Assembly (NCBI RefSeq): GCF_009914755.1
Contig: NC_060933.1
Source of the DNA: the human T2T-CHM13v2.0 reference genome, Homo sapiens
Length of the DNA stretch: 64,000 bases
Direction: 5' to 3' (one strand)
Numbering within the stretch: position 1 is the first letter of the stretch; each line of letters opens with the position of its first letter. Positions 44,301 to 59,324 of the stretch are shown piece by piece. The position numbers and the translations under genes were made by a program. The notes under the pieces were generated by a model. That model was not told the DNA's origin. It worked only from the letters and a program-made list of their open reading frames with translations, and ran no database searches.

Positions 44301-47300
44301 GAATGGAACGAATTGTAATGGAATGGAATGGAATGGAATGGAATGGAATCAACGCGAGTGCAGGGGAATGTAATGGAACGGAATGCAATGGAATGGAATC
44401 ATCCGGAATGGAATGGAATGGAATGGAATGCAATGGAATGGAATGGAATCAACCCGAGTGCAATGGAATGGAGTGGAATGGAATGGAATGGAATGGAACA
44501 ACCCGAATGGAATGGAATGTAATGGAGAGTAAGGGAGGTGAATAGAATCAATCCGAATGTAATGGAATGGAATGCTACGGAATGGAATGGAATGGAATGG
44601 AATGGAATGCAATGGAATTGAATCAACCCGAGTACAATGGAATGGAATGGAATGGAATGGAATGGAATGGAATGGAATGGAATGGAATGGAATGATACGG
44701 AATAGAATGGAATGGAACGAAATGGAATGGAATGGAATGGAATGGAATGGAATGCAATCGTTCCGAGTGGAATAGGAGGGAATGTATTCGAGTGGAATGG
44801 AAAGGAATGGTATCAACCAGAGTGGAATGGAAGGGAATGGAATGGAATGGAAACTAATAGAATGGAATCAACCCGAGTGGAATGGAATGGAAAGTACTGG
44901 AATGGAATGGAATGGAATGGAATCAACTCGATTGTAATGGAATGGAATGGAATGGAATGGAATGGAATGGAATTAACCCTAATACAATGGAATGGAATGG
45001 AATGGAACGGAATGGAGTGGAATGGAATGGAATCAACCTGAGAGCAGGGGAATGGAATGGAATGGAATGCAATGGAATGGAATCATCCGGAATGGAATGG
45101 AATGGAATGCAAAGCAATGGAATCAACTTGATTGCAATGGAATGGAATGGAGTGGAAAGGAATACATTGGAATCAACCCGAGTGGAATGGAATGGAAAGG
45201 ACTGGAATGGAGTGGAATGGAATGGAATGGAATGGAATGGAATGGAATGGAATGGAATCAACTTGATTGGAATGGAATGGAATGGAATGGAATGGAATTA
45301 ACACGAATAGAAAGGAATGCAATGGAATGGAACAGAACGGAATGGAATGGAATGGAATGGAATGGAATGGAATGGAATCAACCCGACTGCAGGGGAATGG
45401 AATGGAATGGAATGCAATGGAATGGATTCAACTTGAATGGAATGGAAAGAATGGAATCAACACGAGTGGAATGGCATGGATTGGAATGGAATGGAATGGA
45501 ATCAACCCGAGTACAGGGGAATGGAATGGAAAGGAATCCAATGGAATGTAATCATCCGGAATGGAATGGAATGGAATGGAATGGAATGGAATGGAATGGA
45601 ATGGAATGGAATCAACCTGAGGGCAATGGAATGGAGTGGAATGGAATGGAATGGAATGGAACAACCAGAATGGAATGGAATGTAATGGAGAGTAATGGAG
45701 TTGAATAGAATCAATCCGAATGTAATGGAATAGAATGGAATCAACCCGAGTGCAGGGGAACGGAATGGAATGGAATGCAATGGAATGGAATCACCCGGAA
45801 TGGAATGGAATGGAATGCAATAGAATGGAATGGAATGGAATCAACCCGAGTGCAATGGAATGGAGTGAAATGGAATGGAATGGAATGGAAACAACCAGAA
45901 TGGATTGGAATATAATGGAGTGTAAGGGAATTGAATAGCATAAATCTGTATGTAATGAAATGGAATGGAACGGAATGGAATGGAATGGAATGGAATGGAA
46001 TGGAATGGAATGCAATGGAATGGAATCAACCCGAGTGCAATCGAATGGAATCGAATGGAATGGAATGCAATGGAATGGATTCAACTTGAATGGAATGGAA
46101 AGAATGGAATCAACACGAGTGGAATGGCATGGATTGGAATGGAATGGAATGGAATCAACCCGAGTACAGGGGAATGGAATGGAATGGAATGCAATGGAAT
46201 GGAATCATCCGTAATGGAATGGAAAGGAATGGAATGGAATGGAATGGAATGGAATGGAATGGAATGGAATCAACTCGATTGCAATCGAATGGAATGGAAT
46301 GGAATTAACCGAATAGAATGGAATGGAATGGAATGGAACGGAACGGAATGGAGTGGAATGGAATGGAATGGAATGGAATGGAACGGAAAGGAAGGGAATG
46401 GAATGGAATAGAATGGAATGGAATGGAATCAACGCGAGTGCAGGGGAATGGAATGGAATGGAATGCAATGGAAAGGAATCTTCCGGAATGGAATGGAATG
46501 GAATGGAATGGAATGGAATGGAATGGAATCAACCCGAGTGCAATGGAATGGAGTGGAATGGAATAGAATGGAATGGAACAACCCGAATGGAATGGAATAT
46601 AATGGAGAGTAAGGGAGTTGAATAGAATCAATCCGAATGTAATGGAATGGAATGGAACGGAATGGAATTGAATGGAATGGAATGGAATGCAATGGAATGG
46701 AATCAACCCGAGTGCAATGGAAAGGAGAGGAATGGAATGGAATGGAATGGAAACTACCCGAATGGAATGGAATGTAATGGAGTGTAAGGGAATTGAATAG
46801 AATCAATCCGAATGTAATGGAATGGAATGGAACGGAATGGAATGGAATGGAATGGAATGGAATCAAACCGAGTGCAATCGAATGGAATCGAATGGAATGG
46901 AATGCAAAGGAATGGATTCAACTTGAATGGAATGGAAAGAATGGAATCAACACGAGTGGAAGGGCATGGATTGGAATGCAATGGAATGGAATCAACCCGA
47001 GTACAGGGGAATGGAATGGAATGGAATGCAATGGAATGGAATCATCCATAATGGAATGGAATGGAATGGAATGCAAAGCAATGGAATCAACTTGATTGCA
47101 ATGGAATGGAATGGAATGGAAAGGAATACATTGGAATCAACCCGAGTGGAATGGAATGGAAAGGACTGGAATGGAGTGGAATGGAATGGAATGGAATGGA
47201 ATGGAATGGAATCAACTTGATTGGAATGGAATGGAATGGAATGGAATGGAATTAACACGAATAGAAAGGAATGGAATGGAATGGAACAGAACGGAATGGA

Positions 47301-48540
47301 ATGGAATGGAATGGAATGGAATGGAATGGAATGGAATCATCCCGACTGCTGGGGAATGGAATAGAATGGAATGCAATGGAATGGATTCAACTTGAATGGA
47401 ATGGAAAGAATGGAATCAACACGAGTGGAATGGCATGGATTGGAATGGAATGGAATGGAATCAACCCGAGTACAGGGGAATGTAATGGAAAGGAATGCAA
47501 TGGAATGTCATCATCCGGAATGGAATGGAATGGAATGGAATGGAATGGAATGGAATGGAATCAACCTGAGTGCAATGGAATGGAGTGGAATGGAATGGAA
47601 TGGAATGGAACAACCAGAATGGAATGGAATGTAATGGAGAGTAAGGGAGATGAATAGAATCAATCCGAATGTAATGGAATAGAATGGAATCAACCCGAGT
47701 GCAGGGGAATGGAATGGAATGGAATGCAATGGAATGGAACCATCCGGAATGGAATGGAATGGAATGCAATAGAATGGAATGGAATGGAATCAACCCGAGT
47801 GCAATGGAATGGAGTGAAATGGAATGGAATGGAATGGAAACAACCAGAATGGATTGGAATATAATGGAGTGTAAGGGAATTGAATAGCATAAATCTGTAT
47901 GTAATGAAATGGAATGGAACGGAATGGAATGGAATGGAATGGAATTGAATCAACGCGAGTGCAGGGGAATGGAATGGAATGGAATGCAATGGAAGGGAAT
48001 CTTCTGGAATGGAATGGAATGGAATGGAATGGAATGGAATGAAATGCAATGGATTCAACTCGATTGCAATGGAATGGAATAGAATGGAATGGAAAGGAAT
48101 AGAATGGAATTAATCCGAATAGAATGGAATGGAATGGAATGGAACGGAATGGAACGGAACGGAATGGAATGGAATGGAATGGAATGGTATGGAATGGAAT
48201 GGAATGGTACGGAATAGAATGGAATGGAACGAATTGTAATGGAATGGAATGGAATGGAATGGAATGGAATGGAATGGAATCAACGCGAGTGCAGGGGAAT
48301 GTAATGGAACGGAATGCAATGGAATGGAATCATCCGGAATGGAATGGAATGGAATGGAATGCAATGGAATGGAATGGAATCAACCCGAGTGCAATGGAAT
48401 GGAGTGGAATCGAATGGAATGGAATGGAACAACCCGAATGGAATGGAATGTAATGGAGAGTAAGGGAGTTGAATAGAATCAATCCGAATGTAATGGAATG
48501 GAATGCTACGGAATGGAATGGAATGGAATGGAATGGAATG
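41400..48540 (+). repeat. Patchwork of local duplications (offsets of about 2.61, 1.95, 3.21 and 3.92 kb)
   Basis: ORF offsets 41693/44303 and 42272/44882 (2610), 45735/47684 (1949), 43205/46418 and 43580/46793 (3213). Shared variants: CTTCTGG, CAACTTGATT, AACAGAACGG, TAAATCTGTAT, ATGCTACGG. Confidence 0.8.
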
Positions 48541-50559
48541 GAATGGAATGCAATGCAATGGAATGGAATCAACCCGAGTGCAATCGAATGGAATCGAATG
48601 GAGTGGAATGCAATGGAATGGATTCAACTTGAATGGAATGGAAAGAATGGAATCAACACGAGTGGAATGGCATGGATTGGAATGGAATGGAATGGAATCA
48701 ACCCGAGTGCAGGGGAATGGAATGGAATTGAAGGCAATGGAATGGAATCATCCGGAATTGAATGGAATGGAATGGAATCAACTCGATTGCAATGGAATGG
48801 AATGGAATGGAATGGAAAGGAATGGAATGGAATGGAATGGAATTAACCCGAATAGAATGGAATGGAATGGAATGGAAGTAAATGGAATGGAAGGTAATGA
48901 ACCCGAGTGCAGGGGAATGGAATGGAATGGAATGCAATGGAATGGAGTCATCCGGAATGGAACGGAAAGGAATGGAATGGAACCAACCCGTGTGCAATGG
49001 AATTGAAAGGAATGGAATGGAATGGAATGGAATGGAATGGAATGGAATGGATTCAACCCGAATGGAATGGAAAGGAAGGGAATCAACCCAAGTGGAATGG
49101 CATGGATTGGAATGGATTGGAATGGAATGGAATGGAATGGTACCGAATGGAATGGAATGGAATGGTACCGAATAGAATGGAATGGAACGAAATGGAATGG
49201 AATGGAATGGTATGGAATGGAATGGTACGGAATAGAATGGAATGGAAGGAAATGGAATGGAATGGAATGGAATGGAATGGAATGGAATGGAATGGAATGG
49301 AATCGTTCCAAGTGGAATAGGAGGGAATGTATTCGAGTGGAATGGAAAGGAATGGAATCAACCAGAGTGGAATGGAAGGGAATGGAATGGAATGGAAACT
49401 AATAGAATGGAATCAACCCGAGTGGAATGGAATGGAAAGGACTGGAATGGAATGGAATGGAATGGAATGGAATGGAATCAACTCGATTGTAATAGAATGG
49501 AATGGAATGGAATGGAATGGAATGAAATGGCATGGAATGGAAATAACCCGAATACAATGGAATGGAATGGAATGGAAGGGAATGGAGTGGAATGGAATGG
49601 AATCAACCCGAGTGCAGGCAAATGGAATGGAATGGAATGCAATGGAATGGAATCATCCGGAATGGAATGGAATGGAATGGAATGCAAAGCAATGGAATCA
49701 ACTCGATTGCAATGGAATGGAATGGAATGGAAAGGAATAGAATGGAATCAACCCGAGTGGAATGGAAAGGAAAGGACTGGAATGGAGTGGAATGGAATGG
49801 AATGGAATGGAATGGAATCAACTCGATTGGAATGGAATGGAATTGAATGGAATGGAATGGAATCAACTCGATTGCAATCGAATGGAATGGAATGGAATTA
49901 ACCCGAATAGAATGGAATCGAATGGAATGGAACGGAGCGGAATGGAATGGAATGGAATGGAATGAAATGGAACGGAACGGAACGGAATGGAATGGAATGT
50001 AATGGAATGGAATCAACGCGAGTGCAGGGCAATGGAATGGAATGGAATGCAATGGAATGGAATCTTCCGGAATGGAATGGAATGGAATGGAATGGAATGA
50101 AATGCAATGGATTCAACTCGATTGCAATGGAATGGAATGGAATGGAATGGAATGAAATGCAATGGATTCAACTCGATTGCAATGGAATGGAATTGATTGG
50201 AATGGAATGGAATGGAATGGAATGCAATGGAATGGAATGGAATTAACCCGAATAGAATGGAATGGAATGGAATGGAACGGAATGGAACGAAATGGAATGG
50301 AATGGAATGGAATAGAATGGAATGGTATGGAATGGAATGGAATGGTACGGAATAGAATGGAATGGAACGAATTCTAATGGAATGGAATTGAATGGAATGG
50401 AATGGAATGGAATGGAATGGAATCAACGCGAGTGCAGGGGAATGTAATGGAACGGAATGCAATGGAATGGAATCATCCGGAATGGAATGGAATGGAATGG
50501 AAAAGAATGGAATCAACCCGAGTGCAATGGAATGGAGTGGAATGGAATGGAATGGAATG

Positions 50560-52310
50560 GAACAACCCGAATGGATTGGAATGTAATGGAGAGTAAGGGA
50601 GTTCAATAGAATCAATCCGAATGTAATGGAATGGAATGCAACGGATTGGAATGGAATGGAATGGGATGGAATGCAATGGAATGGAATCAACCCGAGTACA
50701 ATGGAATGGAATGGAATGGAATGGAATGGAATGGAATGGAATGCCTTCAAACCGAATGGAATGGAAAGGAATGGAATCAACACGAGTGGAATGGAATGGA
50801 ATGGAATGGAATGGAATGGAATGGAATGGAATGATACGGAATAGAATGTAATGGAACGAAATGGAATGGAATGGAATGGAATGGAATGGAATGGAATGGA
50901 ATGGAATGGAATCGTTCCGAGTGGAATAGGAGGGAATGTATTCGAGTGGAATGGAAAGGAATGGAATCAACCAGAGTGCAGGGGAATGCAATGGAATGGA
51001 ATGCAATGGAATGGAGTCATCCGGAATGGAATGGAATGGAATGGAATGCAAAGCAATGGAATCAACTCGATTGCAATGGAATGGAATGGAATGGAAAGGA
51101 ATACATTGGAATCAACCCGAGTGGAATGGAATGGAAAGGACTGGAATGGAGGGGAATGGAATGGAATGGAATGGAATGGAATCAACTCGATTGGAATGGA
51201 ATGGAATGGAATGGAATGGAATGGAATGGAATGGAATTAACCCGAATAGAATGGAATGGAATGGAATGGAACGGAACGGAACGGAATGGAATTGAATGGA
51301 ATGGAATGGAATGGAATGGAATGGAATGGAATCAACCAGACTGCAGGGGAATGGAATGGAATGGAATGCAATGGAATGGATTCAACTTGAATGGAATGGA
51401 AAGAATGGAATCAACACGAGTGGAATGGCATGGATTGGAATGGAATGGAATGGAGTCAACCCGAGTACAGGGGAATGGAATGGAATGGAATGCAATGGAA
51501 TGGAATCATCCGTAATGGAATGGAAAGGAATGGAATGGAATGGAATGGAATGGAATGGAATGGAATGGAATAGAATCAACTCGATTGCAATCGAATGGAA
51601 TGGAATGGAATTAACCCAAATAGAATGGAATGGAATGGAATGGAACGGAACGGAACGGAAAGGAATGGAATGGAATGGAATGGAACGGAAAGGAAAGGAA
51701 TGGAATGGAATAGAATGGAATGGAATGGAATCAACGCGAGTGCAGGGGAATGGAATGGAATGGAATGCAATGGAATGGAATCTTCCGGAATGGAATGGAA
51801 TGGAATGGAATGGAATGGAATCAACCCGAGTGCAGTGGAATGGAGTGGAATGGAATGGAATGGAATGGAACAACCCGAATGGAACGGAATGTAATGGAGA
51901 GTAAGGGAGTTGAATAGAATCAATCCGAATGTAATGGAATGGAATGGAACGGAATGGAATTGAATGGAATGGAATGGAATGCAATGGAATGGAATTAACC
52001 CGAGAGCAATGGAATGGAGAGGAATGGAATGGAATGGAATGGAAACTACCCGAATGGAATGGAATGTAATGGAGTGTAAGGGAATTGAATAGAATCAATC
52101 CGAATGTAATGGAATGGAATGGAACGGACTGGAATGGAATGGAATGGAATGGAATGGAATGGAATGGAATGCAATGTAATGGAATCAACCCGAGTGCAAT
52201 TGAATGGAATCGAATGGAATGGAATGCAATGGAATGGATTCAACTTGAATGGAATGGAAAGAATGGAATCAACACGAGTGGAATGGCATGGATTGGAATG
52301 GAATGGAATG
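50560..52310 (+). repeat. Dispersed duplication, copy 1 (matches ~59325-61315)
   Basis: Offsets of 8765 (50626/59391), then 9005-9015 (50967/59972, 51595/60600, 52085/61090). Shared variants: GAGTTCAATAG, CAACGGATTGG, CCAGACTGCAG, GGAGTCAACCC. Confidence 0.85.
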
Positions 52311-55300
52311 GAATCAACCCGAGTACAGGGGAATGGAATGGAATGGAATGCAATGGAATGGAATCATCCGTAATGGAATGGAAAGGAATGGAATGGAATG
52401 GAATGGAATGGAATGGAATCAACTCGATTGCAATCGAATGGAATGGAATGGAATTAACCCGAATAGAATGGAATGGAATGGAATGGAACGGAACGGAATG
52501 GAATGGAATGGAATGGAATGGAATGGAATGGAATGGAATGAAATGCAATGGATTCAACTCGATTGCAATGGAATGGAATAGAATGGAATGGAATGGAATG
52601 GAATGGAATTAATCCGAATAGAATGGAATGGAATGGAAAGGAAAAGAATGGAACGGAATGGAATGGAATGGTATGGAATGGAATGGAATGGTACAGAATA
52701 GAATGGAATGGAACGAATTGCAATGGAATGGAATTGAATGGAATGGAACGGAATGGAATGGAATGGAATGGAATCAACGCGAGTGCAGGGAAATGTAATG
52801 GAACGGAATGCAGTGGAATGGAATCATCCGGAATGGAATGGAATGGAATGGAATGGAATCAACCCGAGTGCAATGGAATGGAGTGGAATGGAATGGAATG
52901 GAATGGAACAAACCGAATGGAATGGAATGTAATGGAGAGTAAGGGAGTTGAATAGAATCAATCCGAATGTAATGGAATGGAATGCAACGGAATGGAATGG
53001 AATGGAATGGAATGGAATGCAATGGAATGGAATCAACTCGAGTACAATGGAATGGAATGGAATGGAATTGAATGTAATGGAATGGAATCAACTCGAGTAC
53101 AATGGAATGGAAAGGAATGGAATGGAATGGAATGGAATGGAATGGAATGGAATGGAATGGAATTGAATGGAATGGAATGCCTTCAAACCGAATGGAATGG
53201 AAAGGAATGGAATCACCACGAGTGGAATGGAATGGAATGGAAAGGAATGAAATGGAATAGAATGGTACGGAATAGAATGGAATGGAACGAACTGGAATGG
53301 AATGGAATGGAATGGAATGGAATGGAATCGTTCTGAGTGGAATAGGAGGGAATGTATTCGAGTGGAATGGAAAGGAATGGAATCAACCAGATTGGAATGG
53401 AAGGGAATGGAATGGAATGGAAACTAATAGAATGGAATCAACCCGAGTGGAATGGAATGGAAAGGACTGGAATGGAATGGAATGGAATGGAATTGAATGG
53501 AATCAACTACATAGTAATGGAATGGAATGGAATGGAATGGAATGGAATTAACCCGAATACAATGGAATGGACTAGAATGGAACGGAATGGAGTGGAATGG
53601 AATGGAATCAACCCGACTGCAGGGGAATGGAATGGAATGGAATGCAATGGAATGGAATCATCCGGAATGGAATGGAATGGAATGGAATGCAAAGCAATGG
53701 AATCAACTCGATTGCAATGGAATGGAATGGAATGGAAAGGAATAGAACGGAATCAACCCGAGTGTAATGGAATGGAAAGGACTGGAATGGAGTGGAATGG
53801 AATGGAATGGAATGGAATGGAATCAACTCGATTGGAATGGAATGGAATGGAATGGAAAGGAATGGAATGGAATTAACACGAATAGAATGGAATGGAATGG
53901 AATGCAACGGAATGGAATGGAATGGAATGGAATGGAATCAACCCGACTGCAGGGGAATGGAATGGAATGGAATGCAATAGAATGGAATCATCCGTAACGG
54001 AATGGAATGGAATGGAATGGAATCAACTCGATTGCAATCGAATGGAATGGAATGGAATTAACCCAAATAGAATGGAATGGAATGGAATGGAACGGAACGG
54101 AATGGAACGGAACGGAACGGAAAGGAACGGAATGGAATGGAATGGAATGGAATTGTATGGAATGGAATGGAATGGAATGGAAAGGAATTAAACCGAATAG
54201 AATGGAATGGAATGGAATGGAACGGAACGGAACGGAACGGAACGGAACGGAGTGGAATGGAATGGAATGGAATTGTACGGAATGGAATGGAATGGTACGG
54301 AATAGAATGGAATGGAATGAATTGGAATGGAATGGAATCGAATGGAATGGAATGGAATGGAATGGAAACAACCCGAGTGCAATGGAATGGAGTGGAATGG
54401 AATGGAATGGAATGGAAAAACCCGAATGGAATGGAATGTAATGGAGAGTAAGGGACTTGAATAGAATCAATCCGAATGTAATGGAATGGAACGGAATGGA
54501 ATGGAATGGAATGGAATGGAATGGAATGGAATGGAATGGAATGCAATGGAATGGAATCAACCCGAGTACAATGGAACGGAATGGAATGGAATGGGATGGA
54601 ATGGAATGGAATGGAATGGAATGGAATCAACCCGAGTGCAATGGAATGGAGAGGAATGGAATGGAATGGAATGGAAACTACCCGAATGGAATGGAATGTA
54701 ATGGAGTGTAAGGGAATTGAATAGAATCAATCCGAATGGAATGGAATGGAATGGAACGGAATGTAATGGAATGGAATGGAATGGAATCAACCCGAGTGCA
54801 GGGGAATGGAATGGAATGGAATGCAATGGAATGGAATCATCCGGAATGGAATGGAATGGAATGCAATGGAATAGAATCAACCCGAGTAAAATGGAATGGA
54901 ATGGAATGGAATGGAATGGAATGGAATGGAATGTCTTCAAACCGAATGGAATGGAAAGGAATGCAATCAACACGAGTGGAATGGAATGGAATGGAATGGA
55001 ATGGAATGGAATGGAATGATACGGAATAGAATGGAATGGAACGAAATGGAATCGAATGGAATGGAATGGAATGGAATGGAATGGAATCGTTCCGAGTGGA
55101 ATAGGAGGGAATGTATTCGAGAGGAATGGAAAGGAATGGAATCAGCAGAGTGGAATGGAAGGGAATGGAATGGAATGGAAATTAATAGAATGGAATCAAC
55201 CCGAGTGAAATGGAATGGGAAGGACTAGAATGGAATGGAATGGAATGGAATGGAATCAACTCGATTGTAATGGAATGGAATGGAATGGAATGGAATGGAA

Positions 55301-58300
55301 TGGAATTAACCCGAATACAATGGAATGGAATGGAATGGAATGGAATGGAGTGGAATGGAATGGAATCAACCCGAGTGCAGGGGAAGGGAATGGAATGGAA
55401 TGCAATGCAATGGAATCATCCGGAATGGAATGGAATGAAATGGAATGCAAAGCAATGGAATCAACTCCATTGCAATGGAATGGAATGGAATGGAAAGGAA
55501 TACATTGGAATCAACCCGAGTGGAATGGAATGGAAAGGACTGGAATGGAGTGGAATGGAATGGAATGGAATGGAATGGAATCAACTCGATTGGAATGGAA
55601 TGGAATGGAATGGAATGGAATGGAATTAACCCGAATAGAATGGAATGGAATGGAATGGAACGGAACGGAACGGAACGGAATGAAATGGAATGGAATGGAA
55701 TGGAATGGAATGGTATCAACCCGACTGCAGGGGAATGGAATGGAATGGAAAGCAATGGAATGGATTCAACTTGAATGGAATGGAAAGAATGGAATCAACA
55801 CGAGTGGAATGGCATGGATTGGAATGGAATGGAATGGAATCAACCCGAGTACAGGGGAAAGGAATGGAATGGAATGCAAAGGAATGGAATCATCCGTAAT
55901 GGAATGGAAAGGAATGGAATGGAATGGAATGGAATGGAATGGAATGGAGTGGAATCAACTCGATTGCAATCGAATGGAATGGAATGGAATTAACCCGAAT
56001 AGAATGGAATGGAATGGAATGGAACGGAACGGAACGGAATGGAATGGAATGGAATGGAATGGAAAGGAATGGAATGGAATGGAAAGGAACGGAATGGAAT
56101 GGAATGGAATGGAATGGAATGGAATGGAATGGAATCAACGCGAGTGCAGGGGAATGGAATAGAATGGAATGCAATGGAATGGAATCTTCCGGAATGCAAT
56201 GGAATGGAATGGAATGGAATGGAATGGAATGGAATTGAATGGAATAAACCCGAGTGCAATGGAATGGAGTGGAATGGAATGGAATGGAATGGAACAACCC
56301 GAATGGAATGGAATTTAATGGAGAGTAAGGGAGTTGAATAGAATCAATCCGAATGTAATGGAATGGAATGGAACGGAATGGAATTGAATGGAATGGAATG
56401 GAATGCAATGGAATGGAATCAACCCGAGTGCAATGGAATGGAGAGGAATAGAATGGAATGGAAACTACCCGAATGGAATGGAATGCAATGGAGTGTAAGG
56501 GAATTGAATAGAATCAATCCGAATGTAATGGAATGGAATGGAACGGAATGGAATGGAATGGAATGGAATGGAATGGAATGGAATGGAATGCAATGGAATG
56601 GAATCAACCGGAGTGCAATCGAATGGAATCGAATGGAATGGAATGCAATGGAATGGATTCAACTTGAATGGAATGGAAAGAATGGAATCAACACGAGTGG
56701 AATGGCATGGATTGGAATGGAATGGAATGGAATCAACCGGAGTACAGGGGAATGGAATGGAATGGAATGCAATGGAATGGAATCATCCGTAATGGAATGG
56801 AAAGGAATGGAATGGAATGGAATGGAATGGAATGGAATGGAATGGAATGGAATCAACTCGATTGCAATCGAATGGAATGGAATGGAATTTACCCGAATAG
56901 AATGGAATGGAATGGAATGGAACGGAACGGAATGGAATGGAATGGAATGGAATGGAACGGAACGGAACGGAACGGAACGGAATGGAATGGAATGGAATGG
57001 AATGGAATCAACGCGAGTGCAGGGGAATGGAATGGAATGGAATGCAATGGATTGGAATCTTTCGGAATGGAATGGAATGGAATGGAATGGAATGAAATGC
57101 AATGGATTCAACTCGATTGAAATGGAATGGAATAGAATGGAATGGAATGGAATGGAATTAACCCGAATAGAATGGAATGGAATGCAATGGAGCGAAATGG
57201 AACGGAATGGAATGGAATGGAATGGAATGCAATGGAATGGTATGGAATGGAATGGAATGGTACGGAATAGAATGGAATGGAAGGAATTGTAATGGAATGG
57301 AATTGAATGGAATGGAATGGAATGGAATGGAATCAACGCGAGTGCAGGGGAATGTAATGGAACGGAATGCAATGGAATGGAATCATCCGGAATGGAATGG
57401 AATGGAATGGAACGGAATGGAATGGAATGGAATCAATCCGAGTGCAATAGAATGGAGTGGAATGGAATGGAATGGAATGGAACAACCCGAATGGAATGGA
57501 ATGTAATGGAGAGTAAGGGAGTTGAATAGAATCAATCCGAATGTAATGGAATGGAATGCAACGGAATGGAATGGAATGGAATGGAATGGAATGCAATGGA
57601 ATTGAATCAACCCGAGTACAATGGAATGGAATGGAATGGAATGGAATGGAATGGAATGGAATGGAATGGAATGGAATGGAATGGAATGCCTTTAAACCGA
57701 ATGGAATGGAAAGGAATGGAATCAACACGAGTGGAATGGAATGGAATGGAATGGAATGGAATGGAATGATACGGAATAGAATGGAATGCGACGAAATGGA
57801 ATGGAATGGAATGGAATGCAATGGAATGGAATCGTTCCGAGTGGAATAGGAGGGAATGTATTCGAGTGGAATGGAAAGGAATGGAATCAACCAGAGTGGA
57901 ATGGAAGCGAATGGAATGGAATGGAAACTAATAGAATGGAATCAACCCGAGTGGAATGGAATGGAAAGGACTGGAATGGAAAGGAATGGAATGGAATTGA
58001 ATGGAATGGAATGGAATGGAATGGAATCAACGCGAGTGCAGGGGAATGGAATGGAATCGAATGGAATGGAATGGAATGGAATGGAATCAACCCGAGTGCA
58101 GGGGAATGTAATGGAACGGAATGCAATGGAATGGAATCATCCGGAATGGAATGGAATGGAATGGAATCAACCCGAGTGCAATGGAATGGAGTGGAATGGA
58201 ATGGAATGGAATGGAACAACACGAATGTAATGGAATGTAATGGAGAGTAAGGGAGTTGAAAAGAATCAATCCGAATGTAATGGAATGGAATGGAACGGAA

Positions 58301-59324
58301 TGGAATGGAATGGAATGGAATGGAATGGAATGAAATGGAATCAACCCGAGTACAATGGAACGGAATGGAATGGAATGTAATGTAATGGAATGGAATGGAA
58401 TGGAATGGAATCAACCCGAGTTCAATGGAATGGAGAGCAATGGAATGGAATGGAATGGAAACTACTCGAATGGAATGAAATGGAATATATTGGAGTGTAA
58501 GGGAATTGAATAGAATCAATCCGAACGGAATGGAATGGAATGGAATGGAATGCAATGGAATGGAATCAATCCGAGTGCAATCGAATGGAATCGAATGGAA
58601 TGGAATGCAATGGAATGGATTCAACTTCAATGGAATGCAAAGAATGGAATCAACACGAGTGGAATGGCATGGATTGGAATAGAATGGAATGCAATCAAGC
58701 CGAGTACAGTGGAATGGAATGGAATGGAATGCAATGGAAAGGAATCATCCGTAATGGAATGGAAAGGAATGGAATGGAATGGAATGCAATGGAATGGAAT
58801 CAACTCGATTGCAATCGAATGGAATGGAATGGAATTAACCCGAATAGAGAGGAATGGAATGGAATGGAACGGAACGGAATGGAATGGAATGGAATGGAAT
58901 GGAATGGAATTGAATCAACCCGACTGCAGGTGAATGGAATGGAATGGAATGCAATGGAATGGATTCAACTTGAATGGAATGGAAAGAATGGAATCAACAC
59001 GAGTGGAATGGCATGGATTGGAATGGAATGGAATGGATCAACCCGAGTACAGGGGAATGGAATGGAATGAAATGCAATGGAATGGAATCATCCGTAATGG
59101 AATGGAAAGGAATGGAATGGAATGGAATGGAATGGAATGGAATGGAATCAACTCGAATGCAATCGAATGGAATGGAATGGAATTAACCCGAATAGAATGG
59201 AATGGAATGGAATGGAACGGAACGGAACGGAATGGAATGGAATGGAATGGAATGGAATGGAACGGAAAGGATTGGAATGGAATGGAATGGAATGGAATGG
59301 ATTGGAATGGAATGGAATGGAATG

